Shown piece after piece: positions 18,066 to 28,062 of a stretch of 64,000 bases of DNA. Made by a program: the position numbers and the translations under genes. Source of the DNA: Candidatus Bathyarchaeota archaeon (GTDB taxonomy: Archaea; Thermoproteota; Bathyarchaeia; TCS64); NCBI GenBank assembly GCA_963769425.1, contig CAVYLP010000004.1:352494-416493 (forward strand). Reading direction: 5' to 3'. The notes below the pieces were generated by a model that saw only the letters and a program-made list of their open reading frames with translations, was not told where the DNA came from and made no database searches. The first letter of the stretch is position 1; the number at the start of each line of letters is the position of its first letter.

Positions 18066-18476
18066 TCATTTATAGTCCTTCATATGGGGCAGAGGTAGTG
18101 GATGTATCTCATATTTTGGTTCGTTTTCTTCTGCTGTTGGTTCGCTGCTCTGCTGATTGATGTCTAATTCATCTAGCTTAGCCTGGCGTTCCTTAATGCA
18201 TCTCGGGCAATGGAGTATCATGTAGTGCCCACTTGGGGTTGTGATCTGGAAACCATGATCTTCGCACTCTATGAGATAACAGGGTATCTCCGACTTCCAT
18301 CCACTCATGCGAATGTAGCCAACCTCAACGTTGCCTTGGAGTCTTAGGGTGAGTCTCTGAACGACGCTCAGCTTTTCGACTACTCTTTCAATTACAAAGG
18401 GATCGAAGTTGCCGAGTTTAGCCACACCGCTGAAATCGATGCCCGAGGAGCCCCTAGCCATTCCAATCAGTATCAC
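18066..18476 (-). CDS. Hypothetical protein
   Basis: 136-aa ORF with an HCPRC motif. No family recognised. Confidence 0.4.
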   Translation of the reverse strand: MILIGMARGSSGIDFSGVAKLGNFDPFVIERVVEKLSVVQRLTLRLQGNVEVGYIRMSGWKSEIPCYLIECEDHGFQITTPSGHYMILHCPRCIKERQAKLDELDINQQSSEPTAEENEPKYEIHPLPLPHMKDYK

Positions 18477-18611
18477 ATTTTAGTGTACAAGTAAACCAAT
18501 TGCGGATCGTGACTCCATATCAATAATATGTACTAATTTGTGCTTCGTGGATTAATATAGAAGCCCAATTCATACGACCCCATCAACCCAGTTCCAAATA
18601 TTAACCATGGA

Positions 18612-19763
18612 TTAGCGAAGATAGTTGTCATTGACCTTTTTTACGCCGTCTATGATGGATTCGAGTTCGCTGTAGGATAGATATGGGTGCATAGGTAGGC
18701 TTAGTATCATCTTAGACAGGTCCTCCGAGATGGGGCAACTCACGGGCTTCAGTAGTTCCTCGATTATGGGCTGCTTGTTGAGGGGCGTCGGGTAATGGAC
18801 TCCGCAGTCGATGTTCTCAGCTTGGAGTGCCTTCATGAATTCGTCTCGGGTACATTTGAGGTGGTCCAGATCCAGCCTGATGCTGAAGTAGCTGTAGCTG
18901 GGGTTTGTGGATGGTGTAATCTTCTGTGGATGGACTGCCTCAGAGTTGCTGAGACCTTTGATGAGGGTCTTCGCGTTAGCTCTTCGCTTAGCTAGGAATT
19001 CGTTTAGCTGGGCCAGCTGGTTTAGGCCGATCACCGACATTATGTCGGTGATCCTGTAGTTCAACCCCAGAATAACATGGTGGTACCTGCCGTCATCGCC
19101 GTGGCTGCGTATAAGCGAGCCCAGTCGATGTAGCTCGTCGTCGTTTGTTGTGACAATGCCTCCCTCTCCGGTGGTCAGTGTCTTCGTGGGGTAGAAGCTG
19201 TAGCAGCTTATGTCTGGCCATGAGCCAAGGTCTTTGCTCATGTATTCGGTGCCGTGGGCCTGTGCGCAGTCGTTGATTATTCTGAGGTTGTGATCCTTAG
19301 CGATCTCCGCTAGTGCCTTCATGTCGCAGCTGTTACCGAAGAGGTGAACTGGGGCTATTGCCTTCGTCTTGTTACTGATCTTTTCTTTAACTTTCTCCGG
19401 GTCGAGGAGGAAGGTTTCGGGGTCGACGTCGGCTAGGATGGGCTTAGCGTTGCTGTAGATTATGGTGCTGATGGTGGCGATGAATGTGAAGGCGGGGGCG
19501 ATGACCTCATCTCCGGGTTTTAGGGTGGATAGGTATGCGCAGTGGAGAGCCGCTGTGCCGTTGGAGACGGCGTAGGCGTGCTTCGCACCTACCCTCTCTG
19601 CGAATGTGTCTTCGAATTGTTTCGTGTATGGTCCTTGGCGGACATAGCCCGATTTCAGGACCTTTGCGATGTCGTCCGCGTCCTTCTGGCTGAAGAGGGG
19701 TTTGGCGAGGGGGATCTTGTGATCGGAGGCGGGTCTCCCGCCGTCGATGGCTAGTTTATCCAT
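18612..19763 (-). CDS. DegT/DnrJ/EryC1/StrS-family PLP-dependent sugar aminotransferase
   Basis: 383 aa. The family pattern runs throughout (GPYTKQFE...SNGTAALH...DEVIAPAFTFIAT...HLFGNSCDM...AQAHG...SFYPTKTLTTGEGG). Confidence 0.9.
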   Translation of the reverse strand: MDKLAIDGGRPASDHKIPLAKPLFSQKDADDIAKVLKSGYVRQGPYTKQFEDTFAERVGAKHAYAVSNGTAALHCAYLSTLKPGDEVIAPAFTFIATISTIIYSNAKPILADVDPETFLLDPEKVKEKISNKTKAIAPVHLFGNSCDMKALAEIAKDHNLRIINDCAQAHGTEYMSKDLGSWPDISCYSFYPTKTLTTGEGGIVTTNDDELHRLGSLIRSHGDDGRYHHVILGLNYRITDIMSVIGLNQLAQLNEFLAKRRANAKTLIKGLSNSEAVHPQKITPSTNPSYSYFSIRLDLDHLKCTRDEFMKALQAENIDCGVHYPTPLNKQPIIEELLKPVSCPISEDLSKMILSLPMHPYLSYSELESIIDGVKKVNDNYLR

Positions 19764-20314
19764 GTTAACTTCTTGATCATCGGATGATTTAATAGATGTA
19801 GTCTTACCAAACCATTTCTTCAGACTTCGGGATTGTTGGAGAGGACCAGTGTGCTGGCGAGTGTTAATCTAATCATGTTTGACTTGGAGCACATGAGTTA
19901 CAGAAAATCACTCAAACTTAATTAGCTCAATTCTCTTGATATCTTTGTATTAGTACACTGGAGGCAAAAAAGATTCTGAAAATCACTCCAGAGCAAGAAG
20001 AGGAGCTCGGCATCGTAACGGATAGGAATATCTTCGAGTTTTGGAAGGAGGAGGTTTTAAGACTCTACCAGAAGGGGTGAAAGGAACCCCATGCCGGAAA
20101 TCTCAAGCGGGCACTCCAAAGAAGCACGTAGATTGATGGTGGGAAGAATCAATATACTTGGAGTGAGAGGGGATTGGCGCTCATCGAGGCAGAGTTGAGG
20201 AGTAAGGATATTGTTGTCGAGCGCACAGGTCATTCCGCTGGAGATAGATATTGCACACTTACAAATTTCTACGTGCAGGGCCTGTGATTTTAATTACGGG
20301 TAGTTCACCTACCC

Positions 20315-21544
20315 TCAGATTAGAATCATCGAGGCTCCAGCTGCCAATGGGATGAGCAGGTTATCATCGATTGGTAGGGGGATTGTCTCGATCAGGAGAC
20401 CAGATGCTGCGCCCATTATGGCGGTAACCGGATCCACGAATAACAGCGCGCCCAAGAGTGCGAAGACGAAGCCGAATATTGAGCCTTCGACACTCTTTCC
20501 CCGATTGAAGGGGATCTTCGTTTTCCCAAATCTCTTGCCGAGTATTGAGGCTGAGCTGTCGCCGAGCGTTAGCACGGCTATCGCGGCGTATCCTATCCTC
20601 GCCGGAAATATTAGTAGGGCTAGAGCTATACCCATTGCATGGAATATTGGTGCGGTGTTGAACTCCTGAAGCTCTGATCTGTCAGCGGCCCAAAGGGTGA
20701 TCCTTGAGATTAAGGGTACATTGGTTCCATGGATTCTAAGCAGCTCGGAGGCGGAGTAGATTAGCGCCGCTACGATTAGTAGCGCCGCTACTGTCTGGTT
20801 GTTGAGCAGATAGATGCAGAGGAATGGGATTAACAGTCCGCTGGTGTGGATCGCCTCTCGAATCACGTTGCCTGTGGTTATTTGGGTGTCATGCATAGCC
20901 TCTCCTGTTAGTATTCGCGGGATCTCTGAGAGGTCCTCCTTCACAACGTAATCTGCCCCTCTACCAATCACATAGTCTGGGTTGAAGCCGATGCTGAGCC
21001 CGCAGATCCTCAGCAGTTGCATGTTGTTTAGGTCGTCTACGACGATTGCGCAGTTCTCTGAGGAGAGACCCTCACTAGCAATTATCTCCTCGAGGGCAGC
21101 AACCTTGCCTTTCTCCTTGATCACATTCCCTGATATTTCGCCTGTGAGTACGCCGTCTCGAGTCTCTACACGTATCCCGGTAGAGTAGTCCGCTCCGAGA
21201 TGCCTCGCTAAGTCAGCTACCATCTCATCGGGGAGACCCGAGCTTATTAACGCGGTTTTAAACCCCAGGCTCTTTAAATCGGTAAAGAGCTTCTCGGACC
21301 CCGGCATGAGTGGGATGTCTTCGAAGGCCGTTGATAGTTCTCCAATCTGTGTTCCCTTGAGTGATCTGAAGACGGATCTTAGAGAACGCTCCAGCGAGAG
21401 GAGCCCCATCGAGTAGAGAGCCCCGATTGTTGCGAACTTAATGAAGGATGTAATTGCGTGACCTCTTCGTGCCCCGAATAGTAGGAAGCGTCTCTTTGGT
21501 ATGAGCACTCCCTCTACGTCGAATACTACTAGTTTGATGGGCAA
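20315..21544 (-). CDS. Fusion of HAD (SerB-like) phosphatase domain and polyprenol/dolichol-kinase-family (CTP_transf_1-like) membrane domain
   Basis: 409 aa. The N-terminus has HAD motif I (VVFDVEGVL) and later HAD motifs. The C-terminal about 190 aa is multi-TM and carries LGDSSASILGKRFGKTKIPFNRGKSVEGS, typical of dolichol/phytol kinases. Confidence 0.7.
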   Translation of the reverse strand: MPIKLVVFDVEGVLIPKRRFLLFGARRGHAITSFIKFATIGALYSMGLLSLERSLRSVFRSLKGTQIGELSTAFEDIPLMPGSEKLFTDLKSLGFKTALISSGLPDEMVADLARHLGADYSTGIRVETRDGVLTGEISGNVIKEKGKVAALEEIIASEGLSSENCAIVVDDLNNMQLLRICGLSIGFNPDYVIGRGADYVVKEDLSEIPRILTGEAMHDTQITTGNVIREAIHTSGLLIPFLCIYLLNNQTVAALLIVAALIYSASELLRIHGTNVPLISRITLWAADRSELQEFNTAPIFHAMGIALALLIFPARIGYAAIAVLTLGDSSASILGKRFGKTKIPFNRGKSVEGSIFGFVFALLGALLFVDPVTAIMGAASGLLIETIPLPIDDNLLIPLAAGASMILI

Positions 21545-22258
21545 TTCGCTCTTCTCTAGTCTGGTCGCGTAGTATCTTTTAAAACGTACAGTGCTCTATA
21601 TCCACTTCTCTAGGACCGTTGGGTAAGATTTCAATTTGTAATAATCTGAGTTCGGAAATTATTGATGGGAAATGTGCAGTAGTTATTTCAAAGATTTTGT
21701 CTTCTTAAGGCTGCTTAAGATTAATACACGTGAATTGTATGATTCTAATTAGGATGCTGTTATTGAGTCGACTAAGTTGGCGCGAATTTTAATAGCACCA
21801 CTCATTAATCTATGAATTAGCTGGGGATATTAATTGCACTACTAAAGCACGGATTCCAGAGATAAGGTTAAGATTATGTGGATTTGCATCGTATTAAGTA
21901 TTTAACGTCTCAAACTAGTAGCGTCGTCTTCGCAGTCGATTTCCTACATCTGGGAGTTGTAGCGGTTTTCTTGATTATTACTTTGTTTTTAGCTGTTCTC
22001 CTTCGTAGGAGAGGCGGAAACAGGGAGACCTCTTCAGAGAAGAAGTAGGAGCAGACGTTACCTCAACCTTAAACCCTCCAAATGGACTGTTCCACAATCT
22101 ACTCCAGAATCTTCAGAAAGAAGGAGTGGATAGTCTTCTGCGCCAACGTGGCGATTGAGGTTTACGAAGTGGATGATCGTGATTAGGATCGCGCATGTGG
22201 TCAGGTAGGTGCCGCCCAACTAGGAATTGGATCAATGCGGCATTAATCACAAGTTGTT

Positions 22259-22516
22259 TTAAAGATTAGTTTTTCTTCCCCAGTAACTGCACCAGTTTTT
22301 TTGTCGCATCTCTCCATATTGATCTTTATTTATACATGAAATCTCAAAGTAATCTTTGGTTAGCTTTTCTCCGTTATTAAACCTGCATCTCAAGCAAATC
22401 AAAATTGTTGTATCCCAATCTGGATCGTGGTAACCAACCCGTACAAACATAGATTTGCTATTCGGGGCCTCATGGAAGCGTTCTAATGGTATGTATGCCC
22501 CCGAACCAGACTCCAT
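22259..22516 (-). CDS. Hypothetical protein
   Basis: 85-aa ORF, no family recognised. Confidence 0.3.
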   Translation of the reverse strand: MESGSGAYIPLERFHEAPNSKSMFVRVGYHDPDWDTTILICLRCRFNNGEKLTKDYFEISCINKDQYGEMRQKNWCSYWGRKTNL

Positions 22517-22627
22517 AGAAAAAATAAATTAACCTATTTTTATAAACACGACTCTTTGAATCCTTAATTTATTTGACTAAAGACTAATTTTTTAAACTGA
22601 TGTTTCTGTGTCGATTTCAAGCGCCAA

Positions 22628-22822
22628 TTAAGGTCGAGGGAAAATCGTTTTGCATTTAATACACTTTAAAATCTGTTTTCTCTTGTTGTCGACATCGACA
22701 CTTGCAAAGATTGATTTCTTGGCTCCGCATATCGGACAATCACCGCCCCATTCGACTTTCTTATCACTATGAGAATTGGACAATTCGAAAACCACCCGGA
22801 TGAGGTGTACGATACTTTTCAC
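22628..22822 (-). CDS. Small zinc-ribbon protein
   Basis: 64 aa with CPICG...CIKCK pairs. Confidence 0.4.
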   Translation of the reverse strand: MKSIVHLIRVVFELSNSHSDKKVEWGGDCPICGAKKSIFASVDVDNKRKQILKCIKCKTIFPRP

Positions 22823-23134
22823 CGGAGTTTATATTAGTTTAGCTAAGTAAGCACGGGCAAGTGCTAGATGCGATTACAACGTCCCGTTAAGCATTCTTCA
22901 CTAAGGAACGGATATCGTGCATTGTAGGTCTCATCGGATATCGTCAATGTTCTATGACCCTGTGTATGCACATACGTGGCGCTCGCTGTATACAAAATTC
23001 CGTATCATATTTTGAAATAATTACAATATATTGGATTATACGGATATATTTTTTGTAATTATTGTGAGTTTTTTCATAATAAATTTATTAACCTCAACTA
23101 CGTACGCTGTGGAAGAACAAGTATCTTAGCGGAC

Positions 23135-24142
23135 TTGAACACGAGGAAGCATCCATTGAAAACGGAACTAACCACAGGCGGAAGCCAAGTCGCGTCAGAC
23201 ATCCCGAGGCCTCTTGATCAGCTCTCTGAAGTGGAGCTTGAGAGAAAGTCCTGCATCGGCAGGGTAATGACATACACATTGAGTAATCTCACCAATTACT
23301 TCACAGTGAACGGATTCCAGTGGCTACTTCCCGTCGCCCTCTCCAGATCGACGGACCCGCTTTGGCCCGACCCAGGGGCATCGATCGATAAGCGGATCGA
23401 GGTGGACATCTATGGTGAGACGGTCCGGACAACTTCGAGCATGATCGTTCACAAGTTAATTGCCGCCTCCCTCGCTTATCCTAAACTATTCATCCTGTCC
23501 CCAAACATCAGGATCGAGAAGGCTGAGCGTGCGAAGACGGGGAAGCACGTCTACGAGTTCACTCAATTGGACTTCGAAGCCAGAGACGCCACGTCCGCGG
23601 ATGTCATGAGGCTCGTGGAGGGCGCTGTCTGTGGGCTGGTTGAAAATCTGAGGAGATATGAGGCGGAGGACCTAAGACGCCTTGAGAGATTCGACGAGCT
23701 GAGTGTTCCCAAGAAGCCGTTCACCGTTTACGACGCTGCTCAGTTGGAGGCTGAGTTCGGTGCTGGATGGGAGACGAAGCTGGTCGGTGAGATCAAGGCG
23801 CCTGTGTGGTTAACTAACATCCCCCGTGAGTTCTACGACTTTGAGGACTTCGAGTCGGGGAGGTGGGATAATTACGATCTTCTGATGCCGGGTTACGGTG
23901 AGGTTCTCTCGGGCGCCAAGAGGGAGTGGGAGTACCAGAAGATGCTGAGGAAGATGGAGAGGGACGGCGTCAGGAAGGAAAACTTTGCATTGATACTGAG
24001 GCTGGCGAAGGAGGGAAGGATCAAGCCTACCGCGGGCGCCGGCATCGGGGTTGAGAGAATCGTAGGCTGGATAACGGGGGCTAAACACATCGGGGAGACC
24101 CAGCCATTCCCGAAGGTCCCTGGCACGGTTTATGAACTATAA
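23135..24142 (+). CDS. Class II aminoacyl-tRNA-synthetase-like catalytic core (AsnRS paralog / archaeal AsnA-type asparagine synthetase candidate)
   Basis: 335-aa ORF with an uncertain TTG start. Motif-2-like IRIEKAERAKTGKHVYEFTQLDFE and motif-3 GAGIGVERIV are present. No anticodon-binding domain. Confidence 0.7.
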   Translation: MNTRKHPLKTELTTGGSQVASDIPRPLDQLSEVELERKSCIGRVMTYTLSNLTNYFTVNGFQWLLPVALSRSTDPLWPDPGASIDKRIEVDIYGETVRTTSSMIVHKLIAASLAYPKLFILSPNIRIEKAERAKTGKHVYEFTQLDFEARDATSADVMRLVEGAVCGLVENLRRYEAEDLRRLERFDELSVPKKPFTVYDAAQLEAEFGAGWETKLVGEIKAPVWLTNIPREFYDFEDFESGRWDNYDLLMPGYGEVLSGAKREWEYQKMLRKMERDGVRKENFALILRLAKEGRIKPTAGAGIGVERIVGWITGAKHIGETQPFPKVPGTVYEL

Positions 24143-24341
24143 TCTCCGAGTTTTTTTGTGTGGGTGGAAGTCTAGGTAGTTTTACCCTTACTCGTGCGTG
24201 CTGAGATTAGATGATTACTAGCAGGAAATACTTGTTAAGCAGATTAGGTGTATAAAACGAGGATTTCCATCCCACAAACGGGATCGTTATGTTATACTAG
24301 TAAGAGCAGAGTTCATCGAGTAGACCCTGGCTGGTAGGCCA

Positions 24342-24599
24342 ATGAAGGAGTCCATGAGCTGGATAGAGGAGGTAATCCACCCGAGCATTGGAATGCTCGA
24401 GAAGGCGTCTATGGACAAGAAGCTGCTAAGAGGCACGCTCGCAGGTGGACGAGAAGGTGTTTTCGTATTGGAGGCTTCCTCAAATGAGGAAGTCGGAAAA
24501 TTCCTTCGAAATTTGCCCTTTTGGTTTGCCATGAAGTGGTCGATTATTCCTCTCCAGTCCTTCAGGAGCACCGAGACTATTGTTCGGATTTTTCATTGA
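24342..24599 (+). CDS. Hypothetical small protein
   Basis: 85 aa. Preferred over the antisense ORF 24287..24571 on composition. It loosely resembles small alpha/beta-barrel proteins. Confidence 0.35.
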   Translation: MKESMSWIEEVIHPSIGMLEKASMDKKLLRGTLAGGREGVFVLEASSNEEVGKFLRNLPFWFAMKWSIIPLQSFRSTETIVRIFH

Positions 24600-24651
24600 A
24601 CTGTTAACATCCGCATAAAATTAAAGTTATTAACACGACCGGCGCGCGCCG

Positions 24652-25263
24652 CCTTGTCCCTTTATTGGATAATACCGGTTTTAAACGGTCATACCCCCCA
24701 TCACCGGCTGAGAGGATCAACTGAATCCCTTCCCCGAGTTATCCCCCCGCCAACCCACCCGCCACGACGTTTCCCTGTAAGTGGTAACCACTAATAAGGT
24801 GTTTCCACGGGACACCCTTCACACCGATGAATGAACACATCCAAACCGGGTTACGCCTACGATTGAATAGCGTCCACCCACCCCGCCTCTATTCACATCG
24901 TTCAATGAAGCGCGATCCACGCCCTTCAATGGATTGTTGAAGGCACACGGAATGCAACGGTTTTCAATCGATATTCAACGGTTTTTAACACGTTTCAGGT
25001 GGTTCCGGCGACGCGTCCCCGATGACGTCGCTATATATAGCTGAGTCTGTGGAGGAGAATGCAACGGGATTTTTTTGAGAAGCCTATGTGATTGCGGGTG
25101 AGGGGAAAGGAAGCCGTTGAATTAGTTTTAAGGTACCTCGCTAATTTTGTCGTTTCTTTGGTGGTTCAGGATCTCGGTGTCAGAAGGGTCTATTTGGTGC
25201 CTTATTTGGCGTGATGGTGTTTAGGACCGTTTTAAACCGTCTGTTATCAATTTAGGGACAAGG
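24652..25263. repeat. ORF-free 612-bp element bounded by imperfect about 40-bp inverted repeats
   Basis: The left arm 24652-24690 (ccttgtccctttattggataataccggttttaaacggtc) pairs with the reverse complement of the right arm 25224-25263. No ORF of 60 aa or more lies between 24600 and 25506. There are four internal copies of a (A/T)T(G/T)CAACGG motif. Confidence 0.7.
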
Positions 25264-25506
25264 CAGAGTGGGGGTTCGGCCCAATCGGTAGGCTCGTTCA
25301 ATGTTTAGGTGATTCGGGCATGGATTATGCCTTCATTTGGGCGTTGGCTATGAGCCTAGAACCACTCGTGGTGTTGACGTGATTATCACCATAAGCGACA
25401 ATGACCTTAGGATGGTCATTGATTTTTTCCACTGCGTGTCCCTCGATATAGGTGAGCGAATGATGAATGAAGTAACCTTATCGGGCTAAAACATCGCCAC
25501 ATTGGT

Positions 25507-27126
25507 TTAGAAATTAGTGAGTAGGTTTTCGACGCCTCTTCTGCAGAAGACGTAGGATAGGACGAGGATAACGCAACCAACTATCAATGAGATGATGAAT
25601 AATGTTATGGTCGAGAAACCCAGTGTCGAGGTACCGATTAAGAATCCCAGTACCACAGGTGTAAACACGAGGAGGGATGTCAACCCGGCTAATAGGAAGC
25701 CGATGAGGAAACCCTTCAAGGAAACGTATCTGCTCCTCGCCCCAACGTTATAATCCGGCCACCTCGAACCCACTCCGAGACCTATGAAGCTGTTGATCAC
25801 TATGACAAGAATCGCCGTCACCAAGATCTCCGAGGCATCGATTAAGCTGATAGGTGTGATGAACTCTAGGCCAAGCATCACGCCGATGGTGGCTACACCT
25901 GATATCAGCCATGCGGGGGCCAGCTTTCCCTTAATCAACTCCGTCGGCTTGATGGGTAGTGTGAGTAGGTTCATCACCGATTTACCTTCTTGGCCTATCA
26001 CAATTGTTGAAAACATCAGAGGCGTTATGTAGGGTATCATCAAAGTGATAATGAACACCGGCTCCCCTAGGTCCCCCCCACCCGGAGTGAGGAGTATCGG
26101 GAGGATTGAGGAGATGATGATGACGATCGGTATCGCGATGAATCTTGCCATATCCTTTCTACGCAGCAGGGCCCTGAACTCCTTCAAGGCGAGAGCGGCC
26201 TCAAGGGGGTTGTATCCGAGCCTAAGCTTACTCGAGGAGTGGGGTATGTACTTCGTGGAGGAGTCGAAGGAGATTGAAATTGGGATGGGGGACCAGTAGA
26301 TTCGCCTCAGTTGAGAGGCGGCTTCGTAGACTAGGAGGGTGAACCCCACCGATAACCCGGAGAAGAGTGCTGCTCTTAGGAGGTCTCTACCCGTGAAGCT
26401 GATCAAAGCTATGGCTGGCCAGACGATTGGTAAAACCCATATCGTTTCGACTCCGGCGGTTAACTGTCCCAGAACGTAGTATAGTAAGTAGGGTTGAAAG
26501 GCGATCTGAATAACTACGAATAGTAGGATCAGGGCCACTAGCCTCGAAATCATTCCTAGTCGGCTACTCTTCCTGTAGACGGTCGATGAAACCCTGTTCA
26601 TCACCGATCTGAGTATCTCGATGATGAGCGCCCCGAGTATTAGGGAGAGCAGGGATAGCATCATAGCCGGTGACCAGAGGTCAAACAACCCAGTTCGCAG
26701 GGCCAGGGGGAGTGTGAGCCCAGCCGTGATCGCCAGAATCTCGGAGTAGACGAAGGAGGTCGATAACGCTGAGGCGACGACGTATTCGCCGGGGGTGAGG
26801 GGAAGCCAGTTCACCGCCTCGCTGGAAGATATGGCCGACCCTTGACTGAGTTCAAACATGAGGCCGGCGACGATCACAGCGGAGGTCATCAGGACTGGTA
26901 TGCCGATCATTGCTTGGGTGAGGAGCCCCGCTAACACCGTAGTCATTGATTCCGGTATCATTCCCACAATATACCACATGAATGCCAGTGGAGCCGCAAA
27001 TAACGCTGCATCGACCAGGAGCATAACCCTCGGCTTAGAAAAGAATGTTATCCTACCGCCCCGACTTGATCGAAGATAGGACTTGAAGAGAGCTGAGGAC
27101 AGGGCAGCAACTAGGCTGAGCCTCAC
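25507..27126 (-). CDS. ABC-2-type transporter permease (multi-TM)
   Basis: 539 aa and highly hydrophobic throughout. There is a 4-nt overlap with the upstream ATPase gene. Confidence 0.7.
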   Translation of the reverse strand: MRLSLVAALSSALFKSYLRSSRGGRITFFSKPRVMLLVDAALFAAPLAFMWYIVGMIPESMTTVLAGLLTQAMIGIPVLMTSAVIVAGLMFELSQGSAISSSEAVNWLPLTPGEYVVASALSTSFVYSEILAITAGLTLPLALRTGLFDLWSPAMMLSLLSLILGALIIEILRSVMNRVSSTVYRKSSRLGMISRLVALILLFVVIQIAFQPYLLYYVLGQLTAGVETIWVLPIVWPAIALISFTGRDLLRAALFSGLSVGFTLLVYEAASQLRRIYWSPIPISISFDSSTKYIPHSSSKLRLGYNPLEAALALKEFRALLRRKDMARFIAIPIVIIISSILPILLTPGGGDLGEPVFIITLMIPYITPLMFSTIVIGQEGKSVMNLLTLPIKPTELIKGKLAPAWLISGVATIGVMLGLEFITPISLIDASEILVTAILVIVINSFIGLGVGSRWPDYNVGARSRYVSLKGFLIGFLLAGLTSLLVFTPVVLGFLIGTSTLGFSTITLFIISLIVGCVILVLSYVFCRRGVENLLTNF

Positions 27127-27887
27127 AGCCTAAGGGCCTCCACAAGCTTCGCCGTGTCCTCTCCACCGGTTAGCTTCAGGAAGACGTCCTCGAGGCTCGA
27201 ACCCTTTAGGCCAGCCATATCCTTGATCTCCTGAGGGGTTCCTTTGGCTACGACTGAACCGTCGCCAATTATGGTAATCGCGTTGCAGATCGCGTCCGCA
27301 ATCTCCAGCACGTGTGTGCTGAAGAGGACTGAGACCCCCTCTGTGGCTAACCGGTGCAGGATCTCCTTTACTATTCTCGCTGATCTGGGGTCGAGTCCAT
27401 TCAGGGGCTCGTCCAGTATCAGGACCTTAGGTCGGTGCATGAGCGCTGAGATCAATGCAACTTTCTGTCTCATGCCCTGCGAGTAGCCACTCATCACCTC
27501 GTTGACGTGCTTGTCCATCTGGAGGACTTGGAGGAGCTCACCCACTCTATCCTTCCGCTCCTCCGAGGATAGCCCATACGCTATACCAACGAGGTCAAGG
27601 TACTCGGCCGCGGAGAGGTACTCGTAGAGAAATGGGGTCTCAGGGACATAGCCTATCTGTTTTCTCGCCTCGACCGGATGAGCTCCGACGTCCACCCCAC
27701 ACACGGTGACGCTGCCCGAGTCGGGTTTGATTACTCCCATTATAATCTTCATAGTTGTGCTCTTGCCTGAGCCGTTTGGGCCAAGTAGCCCCATGATCTC
27801 GCCGGGCTCGACGCTGAGGCTGAAGTTGTTGACTGCCTTTAACTCTCCAAAGGACTTTGACACATCCACGACCGAGATATTTACCAA
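27123..27887 (-). CDS. ABC transporter ATP-binding protein
   Basis: 254 aa with Walker A GPNGSGKST, signature SGYSQGMRQK and Walker B LILDEP. Confidence 0.92.
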   Translation of the reverse strand: MVNISVVDVSKSFGELKAVNNFSLSVEPGEIMGLLGPNGSGKSTTMKIIMGVIKPDSGSVTVCGVDVGAHPVEARKQIGYVPETPFLYEYLSAAEYLDLVGIAYGLSSEERKDRVGELLQVLQMDKHVNEVMSGYSQGMRQKVALISALMHRPKVLILDEPLNGLDPRSARIVKEILHRLATEGVSVLFSTHVLEIADAICNAITIIGDGSVVAKGTPQEIKDMAGLKGSSLEDVFLKLTGGEDTAKLVEALRL

Positions 27888-28062
27888 GATTTACCCCTGC
27901 GATGCTCGCTGATTCAGGGTTGCATTTATTAACCTTTGTCATAACCCACCTCTGACACATGTTTATTTTAAAAATAAGTTCAAGAGGCCACGTCGAGCGC
28001 CATCCCGAGAGACGCAACTAGTACATCATATAAATGTACACACCAAACTTTAATCGAATATA

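Noticed and set aside
24600-25506. A known structured RNA (RNase P RNA, SRP RNA) or a replication origin with ORB boxes in the ORF-free gap.
   Set aside because: I could not find the conserved RNase P CR-I/CR-V or SRP helix-8 motifs. There is only one weak GTGGAAAC-like ORB half-site and no adjacent orc1/cdc6 gene. The region is kept as an unexplained element instead.
27640-28017. ORF overlapping the 5' part of the ABC ATPase gene in another frame.
   Set aside because: It is a shadow frame with an Arg/Trp-rich translation, and the ATPase frame carries all ABC motifs.
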